Shown here piece after piece: positions 27,774 through 37,789 of a DNA stretch of 55,282 nt. Every line of letters begins with the position of its first letter. Position 1 is the stretch's first letter. This stretch comes from Chloroflexota bacterium (lineage in GTDB: Bacteria > Chloroflexota > Anaerolineae > Anaerolineales > E44-bin32). The notes below the pieces were generated by a model. It had not been told where the DNA came from, made no database searches, and saw only the letters and a list, made by a program, of their open reading frames with translations. Position numbers and translations under genes: made by a program. The stretch spans positions 1 to 55,282 of the forward strand of contig JAPUGV010000232.1 in assembly GCA_027298025.1 (NCBI GenBank), in the 5' to 3' direction.

Positions 27774-29684
27774 ATGGCTGAACGCTTGAGGCGGTGGGTC
27801 CTTCCAATCCTGATGGTCACCATGGGTATGCAGCTGCTGAGGCTTTTCATCGGCAGCCTCACCTGGTATCTGCGGGATACGGCCGGACTCTCGGCCACCT
27901 CTCTTGCTCCCTACGCCTTCGGCACCTTCCTGATCGCGTTGTTGGCGCCCCTGCTTTGGCGGCTGGCCGGCCCCCGGCTGGCACTATGGGTTTCAGCGGG
28001 CGGAGTGGCGATTCTGCGTCTGGTCGAGCAGGCCGGCACCGAACCCGCGCTCGATTTGTGGTTGAGCATGGCCGGCATGGCGGCCTTCCTCCTTTATCTG
28101 CCGACTTTCTTGGGCCAGCTGAGAGCCACGACGGCTACTGGAGGTCCACGCTGGGCATACGGATTTGCTCTTGGCCTGGCATTCGACACGGCACTGCGCG
28201 GCACCTTTGGCAGCGTCGACCTCACGTGGATAGCCGGCACGGTTCCCCTGCTTGTCACCGCACTTATCTCTGCGTTAACACTCTGGGCCGTTTGGAAGGA
28301 GCCCGTTCCGGATCCGGAGGCGAGCTCGGAAACCACATGGTCCGGGGCAATTCCGCTGATCGCGATTGGCGCCTTCTTGCTGTTGGAGCTACTGATATTT
28401 CAGAGCCCGGGATTGCTGGGTGAACTGAGCGGCATCGGCCCATCTGCCGCATTTCTTATCGTAATGATCGGCAACCTGCTGCTGGTTATGGGTATTTTCT
28501 ATGGTTTTGCCCGTCCGGAAACCTTCCGCGCCACACTGGCGCTGGCGGCCGGCGCTTATCTTGTGCTGGCAATTGTTACGGCCAGTCAGGCGGGAATTGT
28601 GGTGCTTCTGACCGCCGCAGTAAGCCAATTCGTGTTGGGCTGGGGATGGGCGCTCCTCAGCGTCCGCTCCAGTCCCGCCGTGCGCACCGGCCTCACGCGT
28701 ACAGGTGTGATGCTGCCGCTCGGTACGCTGCTGTTCCTGGTGCTTGTATTTGCCTTCTACATTTCGCTCGACATCGCGCTGCCGTTCCCGCGAACCGCGA
28801 TCCCGCCCGCCACAGCAGGGTTATTCGGCCTGTTGTTGCTGTTGGCTACACGCGGATTGCAAGTACCGACCACGGAAGGCGACGGGAACCCAGTTTGGAT
28901 CGCGGGGGTGCTTGTGGCCGTGCCGCTGCTAGCCTGGATCTTGGCGGGACCCACGCCGGCTCCCAGTCCACCAACGGGAGCGCCGGTGAAGGTGATGACC
29001 TACAACATCCACTCCGCCTTCGGCAGTTTGGGTCGTCATGACCCCGAGGCCATCGCGCAAGTGATCGAGGATAGCGGTGCGCAGGTGGTGGCCCTGCAGG
29101 AGATCACCCGCGACCGACTGGTGGATGGCGCCAGCGACCTGGTGACCTGGCTTTCCCGCCGGCTGGACATGCCGATCGTCTTCAACGGAACGGAGGAGCC
29201 CCATTGGGGCAACGCGATCCTATCGAGCCTGCCGATCCTGGCCCACGGATCCGGGGAGCTCCCTCGAGACGGCACGCTTATCGGTCGCGGCTACACTTGG
29301 GCCAAGATCGATATAGGCGCTCGCGATCCGCTGCTGGTTGTCAATGCCCACCTGCACCAAATCCCGGACCACCACGACATCCGCCTGGTTCAGGTGCCGG
29401 TGCTGCTGAAATTCTGGGGTGGCCAGCCGAATACGATCCTGTTAGGCGACATGAACGCCGTCCCTGGCAGTCCCGAGATGGAGCTGCTTAGCGCGGCGGG
29501 GCTGGTGGACTCATGGTCGGAGTCAGGTGAAGGTGATGGGTTCACCTCCAGACCACTAGATTTGCAAAGACGCATCGACTGGATCTGGCATTCTGCCGAC
29601 CTGAGCGGCAATCAGGTCGAGGTCATCCAGAGTTTGGCCTCGGACCACCTGCCGGTGGTGGTGCAGATCGCGGTTACGCCCTGA
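27774..29684 (+). CDS. Polytopic membrane domain (about 400 aa, 10 or more TM helices) fused to C-terminal endonuclease/exonuclease/phosphatase (EEP) domain
   Basis: The C-terminal domain carries EEP motifs in order: VMTYNIHSAFG, VVALQE, GDMNA, SDHLPVVV. The N-terminal part is continuous hydrophobic helices with no motif I recognise. Confidence 0.8.
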   Translation: MAERLRRWVLPILMVTMGMQLLRLFIGSLTWYLRDTAGLSATSLAPYAFGTFLIALLAPLLWRLAGPRLALWVSAGGVAILRLVEQAGTEPALDLWLSMAGMAAFLLYLPTFLGQLRATTATGGPRWAYGFALGLAFDTALRGTFGSVDLTWIAGTVPLLVTALISALTLWAVWKEPVPDPEASSETTWSGAIPLIAIGAFLLLELLIFQSPGLLGELSGIGPSAAFLIVMIGNLLLVMGIFYGFARPETFRATLALAAGAYLVLAIVTASQAGIVVLLTAAVSQFVLGWGWALLSVRSSPAVRTGLTRTGVMLPLGTLLFLVLVFAFYISLDIALPFPRTAIPPATAGLFGLLLLLATRGLQVPTTEGDGNPVWIAGVLVAVPLLAWILAGPTPAPSPPTGAPVKVMTYNIHSAFGSLGRHDPEAIAQVIEDSGAQVVALQEITRDRLVDGASDLVTWLSRRLDMPIVFNGTEEPHWGNAILSSLPILAHGSGELPRDGTLIGRGYTWAKIDIGARDPLLVVNAHLHQIPDHHDIRLVQVPVLLKFWGGQPNTILLGDMNAVPGSPEMELLSAAGLVDSWSESGEGDGFTSRPLDLQRRIDWIWHSADLSGNQVEVIQSLASDHLPVVVQIAVTP

Positions 29685-29699
29685 TAGAATGACGAGGAC

Positions 29700-30155
29700 A
29701 TGAAAATTTCTGTCGGATCCGACGAGCGTAATCCAGTGACGGATGCCGTGGTTGACGAGCTCGAGCGGCGCGGCCATACAGTGACGCTGCATGGGCCGTT
29801 GAAAGACGAAGTAGAGCACTGGCCCGGCGTAGCCCGACAGGTGGCCCAAGAGGTCGCCAGCGGGCAGACGGCAGAGGGCCTGCTGTTTTGTTGGACCGGT
29901 ACAGGGGTCAGCATGGCCGCAAACAAGGTTCCCGGAGTGCGAGCCGCGCTCTGTCTCGACGCTGAAACCGCGCGGGGAGCCCGCATCTGGAACAACGCCA
30001 ATCTGCTGTGTCTGTCGTTGCGCACGACTTCGGAAGCGGTCGCCAAAGAGATCCTTGAGGCCTGGTTCTCGACCGACTATGAGCCAAATCCCGAAGACGA
30101 CGCTCGTCTGCGCGAGCTTGCAGAGATCGAAGCCGATCACCTCCCCGAGCCTTAG
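29700..30155 (+). CDS. rpiB: Ribose-5-phosphate isomerase B (RpiB/LacA/LacB family)
   Basis: MKISVGSDE... and CWTGTGVSMAANKVPGVRAAL...NNANLLCL match the RpiB family core. Length 151 aa. Confidence 0.8.
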   Translation: MKISVGSDERNPVTDAVVDELERRGHTVTLHGPLKDEVEHWPGVARQVAQEVASGQTAEGLLFCWTGTGVSMAANKVPGVRAALCLDAETARGARIWNNANLLCLSLRTTSEAVAKEILEAWFSTDYEPNPEDDARLRELAEIEADHLPEP

Positions 30156-30276
30156 ACTAGGAAGGACCCTGAGGCTGCTCCCATTTCCATGTTCGACATA
30201 GCCCTCGCCCCGTTCGATCGACGCTACGCGAACTCGTAGCTAAAGCCCCTACGTGTACAATAGCCGGGTTCTCACT

Positions 30277-31200
30277 ATGGCCTGGCGTGTGCTGGTGACC
30301 GACGGCCTGTCTGAGGAGGGCCTGCGGCTGCTCCGGGACCAGGCGGAAGTGATCGAATCCGAGACGCTGGAAGCGCTCGGAGAGAGCGACGCACTCGTGA
30401 TTCGAGGGCGCACAAGGGTCACAGCCGAAGCGCTCGATCAGGCGGGCTCGGGTCTGAAAGTCATCGGTCGTGCGGGGGTGGGGGTCGACAATATCGACCT
30501 GCAGGCCGCCAAGTCAAAGGGCCTTATCGTGGTAAATGCCCCCCTGGCGGCGACCGTGGCCGTGGCGGAACTCACCCTGGGTCTCATGCTTTCCCTATCT
30601 CGCCAACTCCCTGCCGCCGACTCCAGCATGCGCCGTGCGGAGTGGCGCAAGTCCGAGTTCAAAGGCTCAGAGCTTTTTGAAAAAACCTTGGGCATCGTCG
30701 GCGTGGGCAGGATTGGTGCGGCCGTTGCTGAGCGGGCGCGCGCGTTCGGAATGAAGGTGCTAGGTTACGACGCGCTGATACCGGATGAGGAGCTCATCAA
30801 ACGCGGGACGGAGCCCACCGACTTCGACTCCTTGCTGGGCGCCTCAGACTATGTGTGCCTGCATTTGCCGCTGAATGGGGAGACGCGCGGCATGATCGGC
30901 CGCGAGGCCCTAGGCAAGATGAAGCCGGGAGCGCGCTTGATGTCAGTTGCAAGGGGTGGGATCGTGGATGAGCAGGCGCTGCTCGCCGCCCTAAAATCGG
31001 GTCATCTTTCGGGAGCGGCGCTGGACGTATTTTCCAAAGAGCCGCCCGGAGAATCGCCGCTGCTCCAGCATCCAAATATGATTGCGACCCCCCACATTGG
31101 GGCTCAGACGCATGAAGCGCAGGTAAAAGCCGGCCGGGACATCGCAAGCGAAGTGTTGGCCGCGCTGAACGGCGAGCCGCTGCGATGGCGGGTCGTCTAG
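30277..31200 (+). CDS. D-isomer-specific 2-hydroxyacid dehydrogenase (phosphoglycerate dehydrogenase-like, no ACT domain)
   Basis: GRAGVGVDNIDL, NAD motif LGIVGVGRIGAAVA, ARGGIVDE, TPHIGA. I preferred the ATG at 30277 (MAWRVLVTD) over the GTG at 30253. Confidence 0.8.
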   Translation: MAWRVLVTDGLSEEGLRLLRDQAEVIESETLEALGESDALVIRGRTRVTAEALDQAGSGLKVIGRAGVGVDNIDLQAAKSKGLIVVNAPLAATVAVAELTLGLMLSLSRQLPAADSSMRRAEWRKSEFKGSELFEKTLGIVGVGRIGAAVAERARAFGMKVLGYDALIPDEELIKRGTEPTDFDSLLGASDYVCLHLPLNGETRGMIGREALGKMKPGARLMSVARGGIVDEQALLAALKSGHLSGAALDVFSKEPPGESPLLQHPNMIATPHIGAQTHEAQVKAGRDIASEVLAALNGEPLRWRVV

Positions 31201-32756
31201 CAGAGCAGAAGAAAAAAGGAACTGTGGGAGAGCATTTCGAAAAGCTTCGTGAGATGGCGGGCAGAGTCTTTGATCTCGCCTCCGCTTCAGATTTGTTGAG
31301 CTGGGACATGCAGACCTATATGCCGCCGGGTGGCGCCGACGGTCGCGCATTCGCTATGGCCACGCTCGCCAGCCTGGCCCACGAGCTCTTTGTCCGAGAT
31401 GATTTCGGCGAAACGCTGGAAGCAGCGGAATCGGAGGTCAAGGACCTGGACCCTGATTCAGACGAAGCAGGAATCGTTGCACGCCTCCGACGCGATTTCG
31501 ACAAAACCCGGCGTGTTCCCAGCGACTGGGTCGCGGTATCACTACGAACCGTGGGTCTCGCCTTTAACGCATGGGTAGCGGCGCGGCAGGCTTCGGACTT
31601 CGCCGCCTTTCAACCACATATGGAGAAAGTCTTGGGCGTCAAGCGCTCGTACGTGAGTTTTTTCGAGCCTTACGACAGTCCGTACGATCCATTGCTGGAT
31701 GACTATGAGCCAGGTCTGAAGTTGGCGAGGGTAAGAGAGATCTTTGGCGAACTTCGGGAAGTGCAGATCCCATTGGTGCAGGCCATCAGTGAACGATCGG
31801 ATGCGGTCGACGATTCGTTCTTGCGCCTCCCTTACGACGAGCAAGCGCAGTGGGATTTTGGTCTGGATGTGATCCGAGACCTTGGCTATGACTTCGAGCG
31901 AGGCAGGCAGGACAAGGCCCCACACCCATTCAGCACGGCGCTCAATCGAGGCGACGTGCGGATCACCAATCGTGTCAGCCCCAATCACTTCGGCTCCGCC
32001 CTCTTCGGATCCATGCATGAGGCCGGCCACGCAATTTACAGCCAAGGAATTGCTCCTGCTCTGGATAGGATCCCATCCCTTTCTGGCTCTACCCTAGAGG
32101 GTGCTCACGACGCATCGCTCGGGGTACAGGAATCACAATCGCGCATGCTGGAGAACTTAGTGGGTCGGAGCCGAGCGTTCTGGACAGCCTACTATCCGCG
32201 GCTGCAAGCGGTTTTTCCAGAGCAGCTCGGCGACGTTGAAGTCGACACTTTCTACCGTGCCATCAATAAAGTTGCGCGGTCGCTCATAAGAGTTGAGGCG
32301 GATGAGGCGACCTATAACCTTCACCTCCTGCTACGATTCGAGATCGAAGCCGATTTAATCGAGGGCAACCTCGCAGTTGCCGATTTGCCGGAGGCCTGGA
32401 ATTCGAAAATGGAGGAGTATCTAGGAATCACTCCCCCGGATGACCGGCGGGGCGTGCTGCAGGATATCCATTGGTCGATCGGATTATTCGGATACTTCCC
32501 AACCTATACGATAGGCAATATTATCTCTGTCCAGCTATGGCAGAAGCTCAACGCAGAACTTCCTGACCTCGAAGCCCAGATCTCAAGGGGCAATTTCACA
32601 GAGCTTGTCGGATGGCTGCACGAAAACGTGCATCGACATGGGGGCAAGTACGAACCCATGGACCTGCTCAAGCGCATTACCGGTGAGGAACTCAACGCAA
32701 AACCTTATCTCGAGTACCTGACTGGCAAGTACTCAGAAATTTACGGTCTGAGTTGA
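31185..32756 (+). CDS. M32 carboxypeptidase (Taq-type thermostable carboxypeptidase 1 family)
   Basis: HEAGHAIY (HExxH), HPFS, DIHWS and GYFPTYTIGN are the conserved M32 motifs. The start overlaps the upstream gene by 16 nt, so the start is somewhat uncertain. Confidence 0.88.
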   Translation: MAGRLAEQKKKGTVGEHFEKLREMAGRVFDLASASDLLSWDMQTYMPPGGADGRAFAMATLASLAHELFVRDDFGETLEAAESEVKDLDPDSDEAGIVARLRRDFDKTRRVPSDWVAVSLRTVGLAFNAWVAARQASDFAAFQPHMEKVLGVKRSYVSFFEPYDSPYDPLLDDYEPGLKLARVREIFGELREVQIPLVQAISERSDAVDDSFLRLPYDEQAQWDFGLDVIRDLGYDFERGRQDKAPHPFSTALNRGDVRITNRVSPNHFGSALFGSMHEAGHAIYSQGIAPALDRIPSLSGSTLEGAHDASLGVQESQSRMLENLVGRSRAFWTAYYPRLQAVFPEQLGDVEVDTFYRAINKVARSLIRVEADEATYNLHLLLRFEIEADLIEGNLAVADLPEAWNSKMEEYLGITPPDDRRGVLQDIHWSIGLFGYFPTYTIGNIISVQLWQKLNAELPDLEAQISRGNFTELVGWLHENVHRHGGKYEPMDLLKRITGEELNAKPYLEYLTGKYSEIYGLS

Positions 32757-32888
32757 GGATTCACAGCTTGGTGACATCCATCACCAGGCGGAGCGTCCGC
32801 CGATGATGGTTTTCAACGCCCATCAGGCAATACCGATGCTCTTGCTGACATTTTCCGGGTTACGGTGGCTCTCTCCGAAGGCTAGAGC

Positions 32889-33254
32889 ATGACGTTAACG
32901 GTTGTCCACGAGCTGCTTGGAAGGGCTATGCTGCTCTTTCTATCGGTTGCTGGAGTGTGGGGTCTGGCAACCTATTTCCTTCGCCGCAGCATCACCGGCA
33001 GCTACTGGGGCATCCTGGCGGTCGGTGAGATCCTGATCTTGGCCCAGATGGTGGTTGGCATTATCCTGTGGATCGAGGGTGCCCGCCCGGCAAGAGACAT
33101 CCATGTGCTCTATGGCATCGTGGCTGTCCTCTCCATTCCGGGCTATTACGCTTACACCCAGGGGCGGGACGATCGCCGGGCGAGCCTGAACTACGGGCTG
33201 ATCTGCCTCTTTCTCGTCGGTATCAGCATCCGTGCCATAGGTACCGCAACCTAG
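32889..33254 (+). CDS. Hypothetical 4-TM membrane protein
   Basis: 121 aa with four clear hydrophobic helices and coding-type codon bias. No family recognised. Confidence 0.5.
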   Translation: MTLTVVHELLGRAMLLFLSVAGVWGLATYFLRRSITGSYWGILAVGEILILAQMVVGIILWIEGARPARDIHVLYGIVAVLSIPGYYAYTQGRDDRRASLNYGLICLFLVGISIRAIGTAT

Positions 33255-33382
33255 CCCTACTTTCGCTCTCTCACCTAAGAAAATTACATAAGTGCGCGCC
33301 GCAGCCTGCAGGACCCATCTCGAGGCTGGCCCCCGACTTGCACCAATCCCATAAACCGTGCTAGAAGTGCATCTCATCTGAT

Positions 33383-34315
33383 ATGTCTATGCCACGCATG
33401 CGCATGGGTACGCTCCTTCTGACTCTGGTTTTGGTTGGATGTACGAGCGTAACTTCCAGCCCACTGAGCATCACCGATCCCGTCCCTGCGCCTACTGTCG
33501 CGCCTATGGTCGAGCCGACCATTCCACCACCCACCGCGGCCCCTCCCAGCGCGCCAACGCCGGCGCCCTTTAATCTGGCCACGCCCGCGATCGTGATTGA
33601 AAATCCCCAGCAACCGATCGTTCCCACCCTCATCCCATCAAGCTCGGTGTTGCCCGACGCACGGTTGGCGATCTATCGACCCGGACCTGGCTCGCAAGTT
33701 ACAAGCCCCTTTCAGATCGTAGGGCGCGGCGGCCCCAGTTACAACGAGCGTGTGTATATCCGATTGCTCGGAGAGGATGGGCGCGTCGTTTCGGAACAAA
33801 CTACGATTCTGTTCGCATACCCGGGAAACGCAGGTAATTTTTCCACCCGGATGGAATTTGACACGTCGGCGGTCGCAGAGAGTGCCCGCTTGGAGATCAG
33901 CACCGATGGGATCCGATGGGCCATCATGGACCAATTGGTCTCGGTGGATCTGGTGCTGCTCTCGGAAGGCCTGCCGCGCATTCACCCGGTCCAGCATGGA
34001 CCACAGAAGCTTGCTATTTTGCGGCCCCGGGACGGTGGCGTTGTCGAAGGCGGAGCGATGACGGTACGCGGCGCGGGTTGGACCGATTCAGATTTGCCGC
34101 TTACCGTCGAGCTGCTCAACCAAAGTGGATTAGCGTTGGCCACACACGAGCTGCGGTTGGACTCTCTAGAGCCTGGAGTGTTGGGAGCCTTCGAACTCGT
34201 GATCCCCTACGACATCCCATATGCTCAGTATGTGCGGGTGGCCATCCGCGAAGGGAACGCGGACCCTCCGGGCCTCAGATACTTCTCGAGCGTGGAGGTC
34301 TGGCTGAAGCCTTAG
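33383..34315 (+). CDS. Lipoprotein with two Gmad2-like immunoglobulin-like domains
   Basis: The signal ends in the lipobox LVLVGC and is followed by a PT-rich linker. Two repeats follow, of the form IYRPGPGSQVTSPFQIVGRG...RLLGEDGRVV and ILRPRDGGVVEGGAMTVRGAG...ELLNQSGLAL, as in Gmad2 domains. Confidence 0.65.
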   Translation: MSMPRMRMGTLLLTLVLVGCTSVTSSPLSITDPVPAPTVAPMVEPTIPPPTAAPPSAPTPAPFNLATPAIVIENPQQPIVPTLIPSSSVLPDARLAIYRPGPGSQVTSPFQIVGRGGPSYNERVYIRLLGEDGRVVSEQTTILFAYPGNAGNFSTRMEFDTSAVAESARLEISTDGIRWAIMDQLVSVDLVLLSEGLPRIHPVQHGPQKLAILRPRDGGVVEGGAMTVRGAGWTDSDLPLTVELLNQSGLALATHELRLDSLEPGVLGAFELVIPYDIPYAQYVRVAIREGNADPPGLRYFSSVEVWLKP

Positions 34316-34370
34316 ACCGAGCACCCGACTGCAGCAATCTGCAGATGATATACTGCTGCCCCAATTTCGG

Positions 34371-36197
34371 GTGGTAACGATGGAATCACGCACGCACTTG
34401 AAGTCAATACTCCCCTCCTTGCCGATCGCACTGCTCAGCATGTTGATGGCTGCAGGCGCGGTGCTCGTGTTCTTCATTCTGGGGACTCGGGTGGCCTACT
34501 CTGGACGGGCTTTGCCCGGAGTCTCAGCCGCTGGCGTCTCCGTCGGCGGGCTCACGGAACCAGAAATTGAGCTGGCCCTTGGCGAAATCCTTAGCTACCC
34601 ACGTACAGGCACGGTGCTTATGACGGATGGCACCCGTTATTGGGTCGCGACACCGGGAGAGCTTGGCGTAGCGATGGACATACCCCACATGGCCGACCAA
34701 GCACTCGCCGTGGGACGAGAAGGCGGGGCACTGCTCCAGCTGACGGACCTCCTCAACGCCTGGAGCTCGGGGGTTGAGGTGCCGACGATGGTGCTGTTCG
34801 ACCAGCGGGCCGCTGCGGCATATATGAACGCTTTGGCGGCGCAGATCTATCGGCCACAGCTGGAAGCCACACTGGGGGTGGATGGCGTACAGGTGGCGAT
34901 GCACCCAGGGCAAATCGGGAGGCAACTTGAAATCGAGCGTAGTCTGGAGCAGTTAGCCCCGGTCTTCGCTTCCCTTCACGACGCCGAACTCCTGCTGGCG
35001 GTCAAGGAGACACCGCCGATGGTGCTCGACGCGACCGAGCAGGGTCAGATCGCGGCCGAAATGCTACGCGCGCCGCTCACTCTTACCGCCGAGGATGCCG
35101 GTCCCTGGACCATCAATCCGCAGGACCTGGCTGAAATGCTGCGCTTCCGCCTGAACGAAGAACAGGGTCAATACGAGGTGGGCATCGATCCGTTTGCTCT
35201 ATTTGCCTATCTCGAGCCTCTCGCCCCGGAATTAGAGCGCAAGCCTGAAAACGCACGCTTCATCTTCAATGACGACACCCGCGAGCTCGATCTCATGGCG
35301 GAAGCCGTCATCGGGCGCAAGCTCGATATCCCCGCAAGCATTGAGGCCATCCATCAGGGTTTGGCAACTGGGGAGCATGAGATCCCGCTGGTCTTCGAGC
35401 TCGAACTACCCCTGGTCGGCAGCGACGCGACTGCCGCCGAGCTGGGCATCACAGAGGCGGTCAGCGTGGTCTCAAGCTATTTCGCGGGCTCCAGCCCTGA
35501 GCGGATCCATAATATCGTCACCGCCTCGGCACCATTCCATGGGCTACTGATCGCTCCGGGGGAGACCCTATCCATGGCGGAGGTCCTGGGCGACATCAGC
35601 CTGGACACGGGTTATGCTGAAGCGCTCATCATTTACGGCGGTCGCACCATCAAGGGCGTGGGCGGCGGAGTGTGTCAGGTTAGCACCACGCTTTTCCGCA
35701 CCGCATTATTTGGCGGATTCGGCATTGTCGATCGCTACCCTCATGCTTATCGCGTCGGCTACTACGAGCAGGGGCCGGGCTCGCCGGGGCCGGGATTCGA
35801 TGCGACGGTCTACGTCCCGCTTGTGGATTTCAAGTTCACCAACGACACCGACCACTGGCTGCTGTCCGAGACCTACATCTATGGCACGCAGCTGCTCTGG
35901 AAGTTCTATTCGACCGGGGATGGCCGGCAGGTTCAGATCAGCGGCCCTCAGATCTCGAATAAAGTGGATGCCCCCGAGCCGCTCTACAAGGTGAACCCCG
36001 ATCTCAAAGAAGGGAAGATCAAGCAAGTGGACTTCGAGGCGGACGGTATGGACGTGATTGTCACACGTACCGTCACCCGCGGTGACGATGTACTGCACCG
36101 GGACACTATCAAGACCCACTATCTGCCCTGGCGTGCGATTTACGAATACGGTCCGGGGACCGAACTGCCGGACGACGCGATTACCAACGAGGACTGA
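34371..36197 (+). CDS. VanW-family protein (YoaR-like), membrane anchored
   Basis: One N-terminal TM helix. The C-terminal VanW core has GGGVCQVSTTLFRTALFGGF...RYPHAYRVGYY. The start could be the ATG at 34380 instead of the GTG at 34371. Confidence 0.85.
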   Translation: MVTMESRTHLKSILPSLPIALLSMLMAAGAVLVFFILGTRVAYSGRALPGVSAAGVSVGGLTEPEIELALGEILSYPRTGTVLMTDGTRYWVATPGELGVAMDIPHMADQALAVGREGGALLQLTDLLNAWSSGVEVPTMVLFDQRAAAAYMNALAAQIYRPQLEATLGVDGVQVAMHPGQIGRQLEIERSLEQLAPVFASLHDAELLLAVKETPPMVLDATEQGQIAAEMLRAPLTLTAEDAGPWTINPQDLAEMLRFRLNEEQGQYEVGIDPFALFAYLEPLAPELERKPENARFIFNDDTRELDLMAEAVIGRKLDIPASIEAIHQGLATGEHEIPLVFELELPLVGSDATAAELGITEAVSVVSSYFAGSSPERIHNIVTASAPFHGLLIAPGETLSMAEVLGDISLDTGYAEALIIYGGRTIKGVGGGVCQVSTTLFRTALFGGFGIVDRYPHAYRVGYYEQGPGSPGPGFDATVYVPLVDFKFTNDTDHWLLSETYIYGTQLLWKFYSTGDGRQVQISGPQISNKVDAPEPLYKVNPDLKEGKIKQVDFEADGMDVIVTRTVTRGDDVLHRDTIKTHYLPWRAIYEYGPGTELPDDAITNED

Positions 36198-36416
36198 GCC
36201 TGCAGTTCCCGGTAGTTCGAAGCAGCCAGTAGCGAACTCCTCCACACAATCCGCGGTGCTATCCTGGCACTCCCGCCGTTTGCATGTTTTTCCTCCGAAA
36301 CCCTCGCGAGCGCAATATCTGCGCCCCAATTGCCAAGTCGTGGCTTCGGTCCGTCCCACGCATTTTCCCTATAGCTCTCGCGATGGTAAAATCACCGTCC
36401 CCTTTGAGAGAGACTG

Positions 36417-36647
36417 ATGGTTAGCGAAGAACTGCTGGAAATCCTGCGCTGTCCCTACTGCGTTCAAGAGCGAGAGGGGATGCTGGTGCTGGTAAAAGAG
36501 ACCTGGCTTGTGTGCCAGGAAGATGCAGACTATTGCGGCCGTAAGTACCCGATCCTGGACGACATTCCCGTCATGTTGATCGACGAGGGAGACAAGTGGA
36601 TCTCAGTTATCGAAGAGGATCTGCCTGTTCCGCCCCCTGAGCGATAG
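36417..36647 (+). CDS. Trm112/YcaR-like small protein (DUF343)
   Basis: LLEILRCPYC ... LVC ... RKYPILDDIPVMLIDE matches the Trm112p-like family pattern. Length 76 aa. Confidence 0.75.
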   Translation: MVSEELLEILRCPYCVQEREGMLVLVKETWLVCQEDADYCGRKYPILDDIPVMLIDEGDKWISVIEEDLPVPPPER

Positions 36648-37222
36648 TGGGTGAGCTCGAAACGCTCATCAGCGAACTAACCTCGGAAGACGATGCCCGC
36701 GCCGCGCGGGCGCTTTCTCAAATCCCCCAGCATGGCGAACCCGCACTCGACTTTCTCCTGAACTTGTATGGTTCAGACGAGCCCGATCAGCGATGGTGGG
36801 CGGTTGTTGCGCTTTCCAGCATGGATTTCCCGCGTGCCAACACCGCGCTAATCGAGGCCCTCGAGGACGGTGACCCAACCGTGCGCCAGTGCGCAGCGGC
36901 CGGACTGCGCCAGCATCCGATCCCGAATGCGGTGCCGCGTCTGATTGAGGCATTGGGAGATGAGGATCGCCTGCTCGCCCGGTTGGCTTCCGGAGCACTT
37001 GCGGCGGCTGGCCCGGAGGCGATCCACCCTCTGTCGCAGGCAATGCAGTCGGAGATCCCTCAGGTAAGGATCGAAGCCGCGCGTGCGCTGGGCCAAAGCG
37101 GCGATCCGGACGCCATTCCGGCCCTGTTTGCGGCATTAAATGATACTTCGGCCGTAGTAGGCCATCTGGCCGAAGTGGGGCTCGAACGCCTGGGCGTGGG
37201 GATGGTGTTCTTCAGGCCGTGA
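36647..37222 (+). CDS. HEAT-repeat (PBS-lyase HEAT-like) protein
   Basis: Repeated D-x-x-VR-x-x-A-A-x-AL-G units (DPTVRQCAAAGL, IPQVRIEAARALG, AIPALFAALND). The GTG start shares one nucleotide with the upstream TAG (TAGTG). Confidence 0.65.
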   Translation: MGELETLISELTSEDDARAARALSQIPQHGEPALDFLLNLYGSDEPDQRWWAVVALSSMDFPRANTALIEALEDGDPTVRQCAAAGLRQHPIPNAVPRLIEALGDEDRLLARLASGALAAAGPEAIHPLSQAMQSEIPQVRIEAARALGQSGDPDAIPALFAALNDTSAVVGHLAEVGLERLGVGMVFFRP

Positions 37223-37697
37223 TCACCCAGGCCAGCCAGCCTCCGATCATCAACAACCCAAATACTAATTTCACACCGAATGAAACTCCATAGCCGAGCC
37301 CCATCCCCAGCATGGCGCGTCCTGCTTGGCGCCAATCTCTCAGGCGCACGTATTCGACAACAAAGGTCCCGGCCAGCAAGCCGATGATCAGTCCAAACGG
37401 TGGAAAGACGAAGAGTCCGATGGTGCCTAGCACGAGGCCGGCGAAGATTGCCTTATAGGAAGCTCCCGCCACCCGCGCCCCCGCCCCACCGACGTACGTC
37501 TCCGCTAGAATTCCCAGTACTCCGAGCAAGGTGATGAGCGCGAACAACCATGGACCCCGCTCCCCCCATCCGACCAGCAGGCCATAGCCCAGAGCTGCAG
37601 CCCAGATCAGCAGCAGGTCAGGGAAGAAGGGGATGAAGATCCCCACGAGCCCCGCCAGCATGAGTACTCCGGCCAGAATGGTCCATACGGCATCCAT
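37212..37697 (-). CDS. Small polytopic membrane protein (DUF456-like)
   Basis: 161 aa with four Gly-rich TM helices. Its 3' end overlaps the convergent HEAT gene by 11 nt. Confidence 0.55.
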   Translation of the reverse strand: MDAVWTILAGVLMLAGLVGIFIPFFPDLLLIWAAALGYGLLVGWGERGPWLFALITLLGVLGILAETYVGGAGARVAGASYKAIFAGLVLGTIGLFVFPPFGLIIGLLAGTFVVEYVRLRDWRQAGRAMLGMGLGYGVSFGVKLVFGLLMIGGWLAWVITA

Positions 37698-37789
37698 CGT
37701 CGCTTAGGCTACCTGCTGAGTCGATCCATTCAAGCGATCCGCTGCAGTATCCGAGCAATGCCGCTTCCGCAAATACCGAAAACTAACGC

